Below, piece after piece: positions 19,670-29,867 of a stretch of DNA of 64,000 nt. Numbering within the stretch: the stretch's first letter is position 1; each line of letters starts with the position of its first letter. Both the position numbers and the translations under genes were made by a program. Source of the DNA: Bacteroidales bacterium (GTDB lineage Bacteria; Bacteroidota; Bacteroidia; Bacteroidales; UBA3663); NCBI GenBank assembly GCA_045576355.1, contig JAZNGG010000029.1, positions 8,109 to 72,108 on the forward strand, given 5' to 3'. The notes under the pieces are model-generated. The model did no database searches. It had not been told where the DNA came from and saw only the letters and a list, made by a program, of their open reading frames with translations.

Positions 19670-19770
19670 TTAGATCTAATTTTTTTAAGTTTATATCTGT
19701 ATCCCAAGGAGACTCGGAAAATTCATAGTAAGCTAAATATCAGACAACTTGTCGCGACAAAGGTAATTAC

Positions 19771-20145
19771 TTATTTCAAAAAAGCAAAAAATACGGCAGC
19801 CAAGATGCAGAAAAATGAAACGATGTGATTCCAATGGATCGGCTCCCCTTTGAAAACCGTTGCCACGATGATGGTAAAGACAATCAGAGAGACCGCTTCC
19901 TGAATGATTTTCAACTGCATCAGCGAGAAAGGACCGCCATTGATCTGTGCACCGACACGATTGGCAGGAATCATAAAACTATATTCGAAAAGGGCCATAC
20001 CCCAACTTGCCAGAATGATAAGGTAAAGCGGCCAGTCATTGGAGATATTCATCTCCTTTAATTTTAAGTTGCCATACCAGGCAAAGGTCATGAAGACATT
20101 GGAAATAACCAGAAGACCCACTGTCAAAAGAGCACGAAGTATCAT
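19771..20145 (-). CDS. DUF486/DMT-superfamily small membrane protein
   Basis: 124 aa, four hydrophobic segments, MILRALLTVGLLVISNVFMTFAWYGNLKLK pattern. Confidence 0.7.
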   Translation of the reverse strand: MILRALLTVGLLVISNVFMTFAWYGNLKLKEMNISNDWPLYLIILASWGMALFEYSFMIPANRVGAQINGGPFSLMQLKIIQEAVSLIVFTIIVATVFKGEPIHWNHIVSFFCILAAVFFAFLK

Positions 20146-20186
20146 AATAATATATGTGTGTAGAGCTATTATTTTAAAAAAGGGAA

Positions 20187-21047
20187 TCAGGATCGACTGT
20201 GATAAGCAATCAGACCCTCCATGGGGCTTTGCATCACTCGACCCAACTCAAAATCCAACGAAGCTGCCACGACAGCCAACCGATCTTTCAGATGCCAGGC
20301 TATGCTGCCGACAAAGGCGATGGAGGCACCGGCAGGGAGTGGCAGGCGCATGACATTGCGACGGAAAAAAGCTTCGAAAGCAGAGAAAACCACCCCCTCG
20401 ACATAGGGAGCAGCGATGTGGCGACCGGCAAAGGGGGCGAAAGAAGCCAAGTAACGATTGGGGAAAGGAAGACGATAGGTGTGCTCGATGGCAGACTCCG
20501 GTGTAATCTCTCCAAACTCCTCTCTGAAAGCCTCTCGCAATCGGAGAGGCATCTGTTCCTTCAGGAAGTCTGCAAGCAACTGTCTGCCGATGTATGCCCC
20601 ACTCCCCTCATCGCCCAAAATATAGCCCAATGAGGAGGCTGCATGCATCCGGTCTGTCGCCCCATCATAGAGCGCAGCGATGGCACCGGTCCCTAAGATA
20701 CAGGCACACCCCTTACCCTCCTGGCCATAAAGGGCACGGCAGGCTCCCAGCAAGTCACTGCACACCTCAACCGTCGATGTATGGGTAAAGACGCTGCGCA
20801 AAGATCGTTCGACCTCAGCCAGACGAGGACCGGAACATCCCGATCCATAGAAAAAGAGTGCATCGGGAGTCGGAGTGAGCGCAGAGGCTACTGTGCGCAA
20901 TGTCTCCTGCATCACCTCGGGAGAGGTATAGAGTGGATTGAGACCTATGGTCTGATAGAGTGCCGCGACGACGGGTTCTCCCGGAGAAGTCTCTACCAAT
21001 GCCCACTCGGTGTGGGTCGATCCGCTATCAGCTATTATAATTCTCAT
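20187..21047 (-). CDS. BadF/BadG/BcrA/BcrD-type ATPase (N-acetylglucosamine / MurNAc kinase-like)
   Basis: 286 aa. N-terminal IIADSGSTHTEW phosphate-binding motif and later ILGTGA. Confidence 0.7.
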   Translation of the reverse strand: MRIIIADSGSTHTEWALVETSPGEPVVAALYQTIGLNPLYTSPEVMQETLRTVASALTPTPDALFFYGSGCSGPRLAEVERSLRSVFTHTSTVEVCSDLLGACRALYGQEGKGCACILGTGAIAALYDGATDRMHAASSLGYILGDEGSGAYIGRQLLADFLKEQMPLRLREAFREEFGEITPESAIEHTYRLPFPNRYLASFAPFAGRHIAAPYVEGVVFSAFEAFFRRNVMRLPLPAGASIAFVGSIAWHLKDRLAVVAASLDFELGRVMQSPMEGLIAYHSRS

Positions 21048-21075
21048 ATCGCGGAGTATTGCGTCTTTAGATAAC

Positions 21076-22686
21076 TTACTTGATTTTTACTTTCACCTTC
21101 TTCTTGACCGGCTTACTCTCATTATTGAAAGGATCGACCGTAGTTACAACGTAGGTAAAGCGGCGGCTCTCCTCGATGTCATAGTCATAATATTCGGTGG
21201 CAGTGGTCCGCACCAGCAGATGACTCAAATCAGAAGTATTGACCCGTTCCCCTCGCTTGAACTTATAGATGCAGTAATAACGTTCTTGCTGGCCGACATC
21301 TTCTGCATCTGTACGCAGCCAACTAATCTTCAACCCCTTGCCTGTGAAACCTACCTTTAAATCCTTCACAGGCGCCGGGGCAAAAGGGTCCAACTCCTTG
21401 TAAGCCGGTGGAAGCGCCTTCTCAGCAAAGACTACCTGAGAGAGAACCTCCTTGACATGAAAAGCATTTTCATCGATCTGATAGCCATACCAGAAACAGA
21501 GCCCCTTGACATTCTTGCAGGCACGGGCCTGATTGATCTTATTGGAGAAATGGAGGCTGCTGCGACGGAGATCGGGCCGGGGCTGGGAGTCTTTCGGTTC
21601 GTCCAGCGAACGTTCGATACTTTGTCCGATATAGAGATGACAGCGGCCGGGGACATTGTTGTTCCACCACTTGACCAGCGTGGTGTAGTCGGCCAACTGA
21701 TGTCCGATCTCCCAATAGATTTGTGGCACGAGATAGTCTATCCACCCCTCTTTCGCCCAAAACAAGACATCGGCATAGAGATCGTCATAGCACTGTGTAC
21801 CTCGTGTCTTACTTCCTGACTTCCAACTGGTAGAGTGCCGATAGATACCAAACGGGCTAATGCCAAAACGAACCCAGGGTTTGAGTTGCTTGATGTCCGC
21901 ACTCACACTCTTGATGAAAATATTGACATTGCGTCGGCGCCATTCTCCAAGGTCCTCAGGATTGTTGGGATCGAATCCCATCATCTCCGCATAGGTCATA
22001 AATGCAGCCCGATCATCGAAGGGGACACCCTCCGTCGGGTAGGGATAGAAATAGTCATCCATGTGGATGGCATCGATGTCATAGCGGGAAACAATATCCT
22101 TGACCACATCGCGCAAATAGGTACGGCACTCCGGCATACCGGGATTCAAATAGAGTTTGTCTTGATAGCTGACAAACCACTCGGGATGCTTGTAATAGAG
22201 ATGCCCCTGGTCCATGATCAGACTTTTGGTGGCAGACATGCGGTAGGGGTTGATCCAGGCATGAAACTCCACATGCCGCTCATGACAGAGCGAGATGAGA
22301 AACTCCATCGGATCCCAAACCGGATAAGGCTGTTTGCCCTGACGTCCTGTCAGGAAACGGCTCCAGGGCTCCAGACGCGAACGATAAAAAGCATCGCCCT
22401 CCGGACGCACCTGAAAGATGATGGCATTGAAGCCGGTTTCGACCAGGCCATCGACCAACTGAGTCAGATATTGTTTGCACTCCGCAGGACTCATCTTCTG
22501 ATAACGCTCCTGAAAAGCGGTCTGAAGCCAGACTCCGCGAAACTCCTGTTTCTCTCCGTCTGTAATCTCATCATACTTCTTCTGACGGCGTGCCATCACA
22601 TCTTGCCCCACAGAGGCAAATGCCATAACGAGCAAGATACACATCGTCAGTCGAGACAATACATGGTTGCTGAATAAACTTTTCAT
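21076..22686 (-). CDS. Glycoside-hydrolase-like family 10 (GHL10/DUF187, YngK-like) protein
   Basis: 536 aa with signal peptide. RGVWLQT...GFNAIIFQVRPEGDAFYRS pattern, C-terminal Ig/Fn3-like tail. Confidence 0.7.
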   Translation of the reverse strand: MKSLFSNHVLSRLTMCILLVMAFASVGQDVMARRQKKYDEITDGEKQEFRGVWLQTAFQERYQKMSPAECKQYLTQLVDGLVETGFNAIIFQVRPEGDAFYRSRLEPWSRFLTGRQGKQPYPVWDPMEFLISLCHERHVEFHAWINPYRMSATKSLIMDQGHLYYKHPEWFVSYQDKLYLNPGMPECRTYLRDVVKDIVSRYDIDAIHMDDYFYPYPTEGVPFDDRAAFMTYAEMMGFDPNNPEDLGEWRRRNVNIFIKSVSADIKQLKPWVRFGISPFGIYRHSTSWKSGSKTRGTQCYDDLYADVLFWAKEGWIDYLVPQIYWEIGHQLADYTTLVKWWNNNVPGRCHLYIGQSIERSLDEPKDSQPRPDLRRSSLHFSNKINQARACKNVKGLCFWYGYQIDENAFHVKEVLSQVVFAEKALPPAYKELDPFAPAPVKDLKVGFTGKGLKISWLRTDAEDVGQQERYYCIYKFKRGERVNTSDLSHLLVRTTATEYYDYDIEESRRFTYVVTTVDPFNNESKPVKKKVKVKIK

Positions 22687-22799
22687 TGTTAGTATGTTAT
22701 TTTTCTATTATCATTCAGATTATCATACACTTTCACATAGGGCATAATCTCCATCTGGAGAGGGAGATCGCCTCAATATATTTCCTTTAAGCGTCGGAC

Positions 22800-24671
22800 T
22801 CAACCCTCTTTCTCGGATAGTTCCAGCCAGCGCATCTCTTTTTCTTCCAATTCGTTGATAATCTCCATCATCCTTTGCCCTTTGGCTTGCAACTCTTCGG
22901 ACGAGAGCGTTCCGCTACTCATCTCGGCTTCGAGGACAGCCTTCTCCTCCTCCAGGAGGGGCAAACGCTGCTCAATCGCTTCAAACTCACGCCGTTCGTT
23001 ATAAGTCATCTTCACCGGACGTTCGGTCTTCGGTTTTTTGGATTTGGGAGGTTCAGAAACAGCAATGTTTTTAGAGTTACGATCTTTCTTATCCGACATC
23101 TGATCGGCAGCCTCTGCAGCCTTCAAATCCTGCCACTCACGATAGTCCGAGTAGTTGCCGGGATAATCTTGCAGCTCTGCATCACCCTTGAAAACCAAAA
23201 GATGATCGACCACCTTATCCATGAAATAACGGTCGTGACTCACAACGATGACACATCCACCAAAGTCCTGGAGGTATTCCTCTAAGACATTGAGGGTCAC
23301 GATATCCAAATCATTGGTCGGCTCATCGAGAATCAGGAAGTTAGGTGCCTTCATGAGGATTGTGCAGAGATACAGTCGCCTCCGCTCCCCTCCGGAAAGC
23401 TTATAGACAAAGTCATGTTGCTTTTCGGGTGGGAAAAGAAAATTCTGCAAAAACTGGGAAGCTGTGAGTCGGGAGCCATCGCTCATCTGCACGACATCAG
23501 CTATATCGCGGACAATGTCGATCACCCTTTTGCCCTCATCAAAGCGCAAGCCCTCCTGGCTATAGTAGCCGAAACGGATGGTCTCTCCGATGTCGAAGTG
23601 TCCGCGATCCGGCTTCTCCAGACCCAACAATAACTTCAAGAAAGTGCTTTTGCCGGTCCCATTGTTGCCGACAATACCCATCTTCTCATAGCGGGCAAAC
23701 GTGTAATTATAGTCCTTCAAGATCTCCTTACGAGGCTCTCCCGGGGTGTAGGCTTCAAAACTTTTCCAAACACCTTTGGCATCAAATATCTTGGATCCGA
23801 TGTAGGTACTCTTCATCGAGAGTTTAACCTCTGTCTGTTCGCGGCGACGCTTGGCACGCTCTTCAAGTTCATAGAAGGCATCAATACGACTGCGGCTCTT
23901 ATGGCCTCGCGCTTGAGGCTGACGCCTCATCCAGTCCAACTCCTTACGAAGCAGATTATTGGCGCGATCGATATTGGCATTTTGGACACTGATACGCTCT
24001 TGTCGCTTCTCCAGATAATAGGCATAATTGCCCCGATAAGTGTATAAGGTGCGGTCTGCCATCTCGACAATGCGATTGCAGACACGGTCCAGGAAATATC
24101 GGTCATGCGTCACCATCAATAGGGTAACCCGAGCGTGACTGAGATAATCCTCCAGCCACTCGACCATCTCCAGGTCCAAATGGTTGGTCGGCTCGTCCAG
24201 AATAAGCAATTGCGGATCGTCGATCAAGACATGCGCCAATGCCAGACGCTTACGCTGACCTCCACTGAGTTGCTCCACCGGCTGTTTGAGATCGGTAATC
24301 TTCAGTTTAGAGAGGATTCGGGTCAGATCTGAGGCATTATCCAGAAACAGGCTCTCATCTTTCCCCTCATCAATGATCCAGGCATTGCCCTCCTGCTTAC
24401 AGCGACAGACCTCTCCAACTGTGATATGCTCCGGAAAGGTCGGATCTTGAGAGAGATAGGAAATACGGAGTCCATTGCGCACCGTGATAGTGCCACTATC
24501 TTTTCCCTCAATCCCGGCTAAAATATTGAGCAAGGTAGTCTTACCACTACCATTTTTAGCAATCAGACCGATACGATCCCCTTCGCTGATACTGAGTGAG
24601 ATATTTTCAAATAAAACCAAGTCGCCAAAGCTCTTGGTCATGTTTTCTATCTGTAGGAAATTTTGAGCCAA
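22800..24671 (-). CDS. ABC-F family ATPase (Uup/YbiT-like)
   Basis: 623 aa. Two Walker A motifs (GKNGSGKTT, GNNGTGKST), two signatures (LSGGQRKR, LSGGERRR), no TM domain, C-terminal coiled coil. Confidence 0.9.
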   Translation of the reverse strand: MAQNFLQIENMTKSFGDLVLFENISLSISEGDRIGLIAKNGSGKTTLLNILAGIEGKDSGTITVRNGLRISYLSQDPTFPEHITVGEVCRCKQEGNAWIIDEGKDESLFLDNASDLTRILSKLKITDLKQPVEQLSGGQRKRLALAHVLIDDPQLLILDEPTNHLDLEMVEWLEDYLSHARVTLLMVTHDRYFLDRVCNRIVEMADRTLYTYRGNYAYYLEKRQERISVQNANIDRANNLLRKELDWMRRQPQARGHKSRSRIDAFYELEERAKRRREQTEVKLSMKSTYIGSKIFDAKGVWKSFEAYTPGEPRKEILKDYNYTFARYEKMGIVGNNGTGKSTFLKLLLGLEKPDRGHFDIGETIRFGYYSQEGLRFDEGKRVIDIVRDIADVVQMSDGSRLTASQFLQNFLFPPEKQHDFVYKLSGGERRRLYLCTILMKAPNFLILDEPTNDLDIVTLNVLEEYLQDFGGCVIVVSHDRYFMDKVVDHLLVFKGDAELQDYPGNYSDYREWQDLKAAEAADQMSDKKDRNSKNIAVSEPPKSKKPKTERPVKMTYNERREFEAIEQRLPLLEEEKAVLEAEMSSGTLSSEELQAKGQRMMEIINELEEKEMRWLELSEKEG

Positions 24672-24910
24672 TGTTGTCTATGCTTTTACTTCTTTCACTG
24701 TTTCAATACCGTTTGCCCCAAACCCAATCGGGCACAAACGGAACGCCTTTAGGCGACACATAATTGGCGCGAAGTTACATAAAATTCATGAATATAGTCA
24801 TCTTTTTTACTTGAACAGACTCTGTTTTTAAGATTTATGCCCTCATTTTCTTCTGTTTTCAGATAAAAACAGCTGATTTGACTCATTTTTTCTAATCTCC
24901 ATTCCGTCGC

Positions 24911-24954
24911 TTGCACGAATGTTATGCTGCACAAGTCAGAAAACATTCGTGCAA
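24911..24954. repeat. Perfect 13-bp inverted repeat TTGCACGAATGTT-N18-AACATTCGTGCAA
   Basis: Read directly. Lies in the divergent region between the ABC-F gene and the beta-barrel gene. No flanking T-run. Confidence 0.9.
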
Positions 24955-25112
24955 AATCAAGGGAAAATAAGGACTTCAATAGGAGAGTGGCTTAACATTT
25001 ATTTACATGCAAAAGTATTGTAAGATTAGAAAAGAATTTATATCTTTACATCCTAAGAATTATCAAAAACAAAAAAGCAAATGATTTCATTGGCGCATTG
25101 AAAAGAATTTGC

Positions 25113-25120
25113 TACTTTTG
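25113..25120 (+). promoter_or_regulatory. -7 promoter box TACTTTTG
   Basis: Exact TAnnTTTG match 27 nt upstream of the ATG at 25147. Confidence 0.45.
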
Positions 25121-25146
25121 CAAAAAGTTTATAAAATAGTTGTACT

Positions 25147-25815
25147 ATGAAAAGAAACATTATCCTCATTTTCTTATGCTTATTTACTTCTTTTGCCGGT
25201 CAATCAAAAGAACCCCAAAGTGTCACCTGGGGTATTCGCGCAGGATTCAATGTATCCAACTTTTATTACGATGGAGATTTAGATTTTGATCCCATACCCG
25301 GATTTTCTGCCGGAGTTGTTGCGGACATCCCCATAAAAGATTGGATAGGAATAAACACCGGACTATATTTTTCAACCAAGGGAGGTGAAACCTCCATGTA
25401 TTTAGGAGATTATGACAATGTTTATGACATGGAATGTGATGCAACCGTGCAATCCATGTATTTAGAGATCCCGGTTCTTGCCTCATTCCGTTTTTATCCG
25501 TCTGATAATAATCGCTTAGAATTGAATGTTGGTCCTTATTTTGCTTGTGGAGTGGGAGGAGAAACCGAGGCAACTGTCACCGGAGAATACCAGAGAGAAA
25601 AAGTTACTGTAATTGTCAAAGAAGATACATTCGGCAATAATAAAGCATTGGACAAACGCTTCGACTTGGGTTGGGCTTTAGGAGCCGGATTTACACATAA
25701 GAAAGTTTATTTAGGTCTTCAATACGAAATCGGCTTCCTCAACTTATTAGAGGATGATGAATATGATATATGCACAAATGGGAATTTCAGCATAAGTGTC
25801 GGATATAATTTCTAA
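25147..25815 (+). CDS. Outer-membrane beta-barrel (porin-family, OMP_b-brl_2-like) protein
   Basis: 222 aa with signal peptide, alternating beta-strand pattern, terminal ...SISVGYNF. Confidence 0.7.
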   Translation: MKRNIILIFLCLFTSFAGQSKEPQSVTWGIRAGFNVSNFYYDGDLDFDPIPGFSAGVVADIPIKDWIGINTGLYFSTKGGETSMYLGDYDNVYDMECDATVQSMYLEIPVLASFRFYPSDNNRLELNVGPYFACGVGGETEATVTGEYQREKVTVIVKEDTFGNNKALDKRFDLGWALGAGFTHKKVYLGLQYEIGFLNLLEDDEYDICTNGNFSISVGYNF

Positions 25816-25893
25816 CCTTACACCCATCTCCTATTTTTGATTTCAACGCGAAATCAACATCGACCATCCAATCCTGAAGGATATGTTTTTCCT

Positions 25894-26304
25894 ATGATCC
25901 GACAAGTATCATTCACATTACAACCGCGCCCTCGAGGCTGTCATCTGATCACTCGAGAGGTGCTACAACACTTACCGGAACTCCCGGAATGCGGCCTACT
26001 CCATCTCTTTATCCGTCATACCAGTGCAGCACTCAGTATCAATGAGAATGCCGACCCCGATGTGCGCCACGACCTCAACGCCATCCTCAACCACCTCGTC
26101 CGGGAAAGAGAGCCTTATTATCAGCACACTTTTGAGGGTGATGATGATATGCCTGCACACGCCAAAGCCTCTCTCATCGGGGCTGAAATCAGCATCCCCA
26201 TCACTCATGGCAAACTCAATATGGGTACATGGCAAGGGATATATCTCTGTGAATTTCGAGATTATGGAGGAGCAAGAAACCTTGTTGCGACGATTATCGG
26301 GTAG
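25894..26304 (+). CDS. yjbQ: YjbQ/UPF0047 family protein (secondary thiamine-phosphate synthase)
   Basis: ORF 25837-26304. Start chosen at MIRQVSF (ATG 25894), giving 136 aa. Contains the HTSAALSINENADPDV motif. Confidence 0.8.
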   Translation: MIRQVSFTLQPRPRGCHLITREVLQHLPELPECGLLHLFIRHTSAALSINENADPDVRHDLNAILNHLVREREPYYQHTFEGDDDMPAHAKASLIGAEISIPITHGKLNMGTWQGIYLCEFRDYGGARNLVATIIG

Positions 26305-26354
26305 AGAAGAGTAACAAAAGTGGGTGAAAATTTTGCTATATTCTACGAATATCT

Positions 26355-26362
26355 TACCTTTG
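26355..26362 (+). promoter_or_regulatory. -7 promoter box TACCTTTG upstream of dxs
   Basis: Exact TAnnTTTG match. Confidence 0.4.
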
Positions 26363-26410
26363 CCGTTAACATTCGGGGTCAACAACATCGGTTGAAGCCC
26401 GAATTGCGTC

Positions 26411-28375
26411 ATGATGAATAATGACGTTACAGCAACAACAGCCTGTGGTATGGAAAAACGACTACAAGATATACTCGCAAAAATAGATAACCCTGCAGAT
26501 CTCCGCAAACTCCCCGTGAGTGCATTGCCGGACGTCTGTGAGGCTTTGCGTCAATATATAACATTAGAGGTCTCCGAACATCCCGGACACTTTGCTTCCT
26601 CTCTCGGAGCGATCGAACTCACTGTGGCTCTGCACTATGTCTATGACACCCCGGAGGATCGCATCGTGTGGGATGTAGGACATCAAGCTTATCCGCATAA
26701 AATCTTGACCGGACGCCGCGACAGATTTCACACACTGCGCCAAACAGGTGGTCTATCCGGATTCCCCTCTCCTGCCGAAAGTCCTTATGACACTTTTTGT
26801 GCAGGGCATGCCAGTAACTCGGTCTCTGCTGCTTTAGGAATGGCTGTAGCAACCGGCCTGGACAACAGCAATCGGAAAGTGATCGCCGTCATAGGAGATG
26901 CAGCCATCGCCGGCGGACTGGCTTTCGAGGGACTCAACAATGCCTCATCGCAACCCAACGATCTGCTTATCATCCTCAACGACAATCGGATGGCGATAGA
27001 CAAGAATGTGGGTGCGCTGCATCACTATCTGGTAAAGATCACCACTTCACGCCGATATAACCTTTTGCGCTATAAGGCATATAATACACTCAAGAAGCAT
27101 CATATCATCGGGGATCGATGGAGACGAGCGATTATCCGATTTAATAACAGCATCAAGTCATTTTTCTCCCATCGACAAAATATTTTCGAAGGTCTCGATA
27201 TCCGCTATTTCGGACCGATCGATGGTCATGACGTCATCGGACTGGTCGATACACTCAGACGACTGAAAGAGATGAAAGGGCCTAAGATGCTCCACCTGCT
27301 GACCGTAAAAGGAAAAGGTTTTGAACCGGCAGAACGAGAAGCGACCTTATGGCACGCGCCCGGCAAATTTGACCCGGAGACCGGAGAACTGATCAAGGAG
27401 GATGCGACAGGAAAGCCTAAGAAATTTCAGGATATTTTCGGAAAAACTTTGGTCGAACTGGCAGAGAAAGATGAACGCATCGTCGGCATAACTCCCGCAA
27501 TGGCAACAGGCTGCTCGATGACCTACATGATGGAGCGTTTCCCTCAACGAACCTTTGATGTCGGTATCGCCGAAGAGCACGCTGTGACATTCTCCGGAGG
27601 ACTTGCCAAAGAGGGTAAACTTCCGGTATGTAACATCTATTCGTCCTTCATGCAGCGAGCTGTGGATCAAATCATCCACGATGTAGCATTGATGAATCTG
27701 CATGTGGTCTTCTGTTTAGATCGGGCCGGCATCGTTGGAGCAGACGGACCCACCCATCACGGAGTATTTGACCTCGTCTATCTCCGCATGATCCCCGGCA
27801 TGACCATCTGTTCACCCATTGACGAACATTGGCTGCGTCGCTTGATGACTACAGGTATAGAGTGTGCTACAGGACCTTTTGCCATCAGATATCCTCGTGG
27901 CAGTGGGTCGAAACCGGACTGGAAATGCCCTCTGACAACGGTAGAGATCGGACGAGGGCAGGAATTATCAGACGGGACTGAGGGAGGTCTGAATGCCTCT
28001 CAAGTACACACAGCTGTGCTCTCTTTGGGGCCGATCGGGATGGAGGTACAGCGAGCAATCGCTCTCGCAAAGGAGCAGCAGAAGAGTCCGGAAGGATATG
28101 CCCATTATGACATGGTCTTCTTAAAACCTTTGGATACCGAACTGCTGGATAAGATTCTAAAACAATATGAGAGAATTATCACGGTCGAAGACGGAGTAAT
28201 CTCAGGAGGATTCGGCTCAGCAGTTACAGAATATGCTACGGCCAAAGAGTACAAGGGCAAAATTATCCGTTTAGGTGTGCCGGACCGCTTTATTCCACAC
28301 GGAAGTGTATCAGAGTTATATAGAGAATGTGGGATCGATGCAGAAAGCATAGCCGCAACACTCTTGAAACCATAA
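26411..28375 (+). CDS. dxs: 1-deoxy-D-xylulose-5-phosphate synthase
   Basis: 654 aa. [17 protein letters not shown] and the TPP-binding [17 protein letters not shown]. Alternative start at 26450 (MEKRLQDIL...). Confidence 0.9.
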   Translation: MMNNDVTATTACGMEKRLQDILAKIDNPADLRKLPVSALPDVCEALRQYITLEVSEHPGHFASSLGAIELTVALHYVYDTPEDRIVWDVGHQAYPHKILTGRRDRFHTLRQTGGLSGFPSPAESPYDTFCAGHASNSVSAALGMAVATGLDNSNRKVIAVIGDAAIAGGLAFEGLNNASSQPNDLLIILNDNRMAIDKNVGALHHYLVKITTSRRYNLLRYKAYNTLKKHHIIGDRWRRAIIRFNNSIKSFFSHRQNIFEGLDIRYFGPIDGHDVIGLVDTLRRLKEMKGPKMLHLLTVKGKGFEPAEREATLWHAPGKFDPETGELIKEDATGKPKKFQDIFGKTLVELAEKDERIVGITPAMATGCSMTYMMERFPQRTFDVGIAEEHAVTFSGGLAKEGKLPVCNIYSSFMQRAVDQIIHDVALMNLHVVFCLDRAGIVGADGPTHHGVFDLVYLRMIPGMTICSPIDEHWLRRLMTTGIECATGPFAIRYPRGSGSKPDWKCPLTTVEIGRGQELSDGTEGGLNASQVHTAVLSLGPIGMEVQRAIALAKEQQKSPEGYAHYDMVFLKPLDTELLDKILKQYERIITVEDGVISGGFGSAVTEYATAKEYKGKIIRLGVPDRFIPHGSVSELYRECGIDAESIAATLLKP

Positions 28376-28461
28376 CTCTAAACGCAGCTGATATAGCATA
28401 AACAAATCAAAAAAAACAGGAGCTACCCTCCGATCACTCTCATCACAAATCACTCAGATCT

Positions 28462-29796
28462 ATGAGAACCATTATCGCCGGCGCAGGAGAAGTAGGGAAA
28501 CATCTCGCCAAACTGCTTGCCAAAGAAAATTTAGATGTCATACTGATCGACAACGATCCGGAAAGGCTCGAGGAGATGACTTTCCTCAACCTTATGACCA
28601 TCGAGGGTTCGCCCACTTCTATCAACACTCTGAAAGAAGCGGGTATCCATGGTGTAGATCTGTTTATAGCAGTTACCCCTTTAGAGAGTGTAAATATCCA
28701 TGCCTGCATCTTAGCTGCCAATCTCGGAGCAAAGAAAACCGTGGCAAGAATTGACACATTTGAAAGCCACAAAAAGGAGAATGCCGACTTTTATAAGAAA
28801 ATAGGTATCGACAAATTGATATACCCCGAACTACTTGGAGGTGAAGCCGTAGCACGAGCGCTCAAACTTCCTTGGGCACGTTTCTCCACAGACCTATGTG
28901 ACGGGAAACTCCAATTATTAGGTGTCAAGATCCACACAGGAGCACCTATCATCGGAAAAAAACTGATGGATGTGGGCAAAGACCATCGCAATTTCCACAT
29001 TGCCGCCATCAAGCGAGGCGAAACGCTGATCATTCCCCGAGGCAGCGATACGATCGAGGAGCAAGACATCGCCTTCTTTATCAATTCGCCGGAGCATACT
29101 GATGCCGTGAGACAAATCTGTGGAAAACAACAGAAAAACATAAATCGTGTCGTGATCATGGGAGGGAGCAGACTTGCCATACAGGCTACTTATCTCTTCC
29201 CTCATGACTACCAAGTAACCATTGTCGAAAAAAACAGACAAGTTGCCGAACGACTTACCGAGAAAGTTCCCCATGCCAAAATCATACTCGGAGATGGACG
29301 AGAACCGGAAGTCCTGAAAGAGGCGAACATCGAGAATGCCGATGCATTTATCGCCCTGGATGAGATATCTGCAGTAAATATTTTGGCTTGTCTTGCCGCC
29401 AAGAAGTTGGGAGTAGGAAAGACTGTGGCTGAGGTAGAAAATGTCCCGGACATACCCACTGCAGAGACTCTTAACATCGGTTCGATCATCAATAAAAAAC
29501 TGATTGCAGCCTCCAATATTTATCAACTCCTGCTCGACACAGACACCACAAGTGCGAAGTGTTTGAGCCTGGTGGATGCAGAAGTGGCAGACATCGTGGC
29601 GGCTCCCAACTCTAAAATTACCGAAAAACAGGTGATGCATCTTAACCTTCCCAAAGGATTTACCATCGGAGGGTTGGTGCGAAACGGTGTCGGCATGACA
29701 GTCACCGGCCAGACACAGATCGAAGCCGGAGACCGTGTCGTTGTCATCTGCGCCGGCGAGAAAATCAGTCAGGTGGAAAGCTTGTTTCACACCTAA
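28462..29796 (+). CDS. trkA: Trk potassium uptake protein TrkA
   Basis: 444 aa. Two Rossmann/RCK units (IIAGAGEVGKHL, VIMGGSRLA). Confidence 0.9.
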   Translation: MRTIIAGAGEVGKHLAKLLAKENLDVILIDNDPERLEEMTFLNLMTIEGSPTSINTLKEAGIHGVDLFIAVTPLESVNIHACILAANLGAKKTVARIDTFESHKKENADFYKKIGIDKLIYPELLGGEAVARALKLPWARFSTDLCDGKLQLLGVKIHTGAPIIGKKLMDVGKDHRNFHIAAIKRGETLIIPRGSDTIEEQDIAFFINSPEHTDAVRQICGKQQKNINRVVIMGGSRLAIQATYLFPHDYQVTIVEKNRQVAERLTEKVPHAKIILGDGREPEVLKEANIENADAFIALDEISAVNILACLAAKKLGVGKTVAEVENVPDIPTAETLNIGSIINKKLIAASNIYQLLLDTDTTSAKCLSLVDAEVADIVAAPNSKITEKQVMHLNLPKGFTIGGLVRNGVGMTVTGQTQIEAGDRVVVICAGEKISQVESLFHT

Positions 29797-29867
29797 TTAT
29801 TCGTCCAAGCGACCAACACCTCATTACACACCACGATATAAACAATATTAAAAACAAAAGCGGACAG

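Noticed and set aside
24749-24979. 76-aa minus-strand ORF in the ABC-F / beta-barrel intergenic region.
   Set aside because: AT-rich with no family resemblance, and it spans the 13-bp inverted repeat. It is probably spurious.
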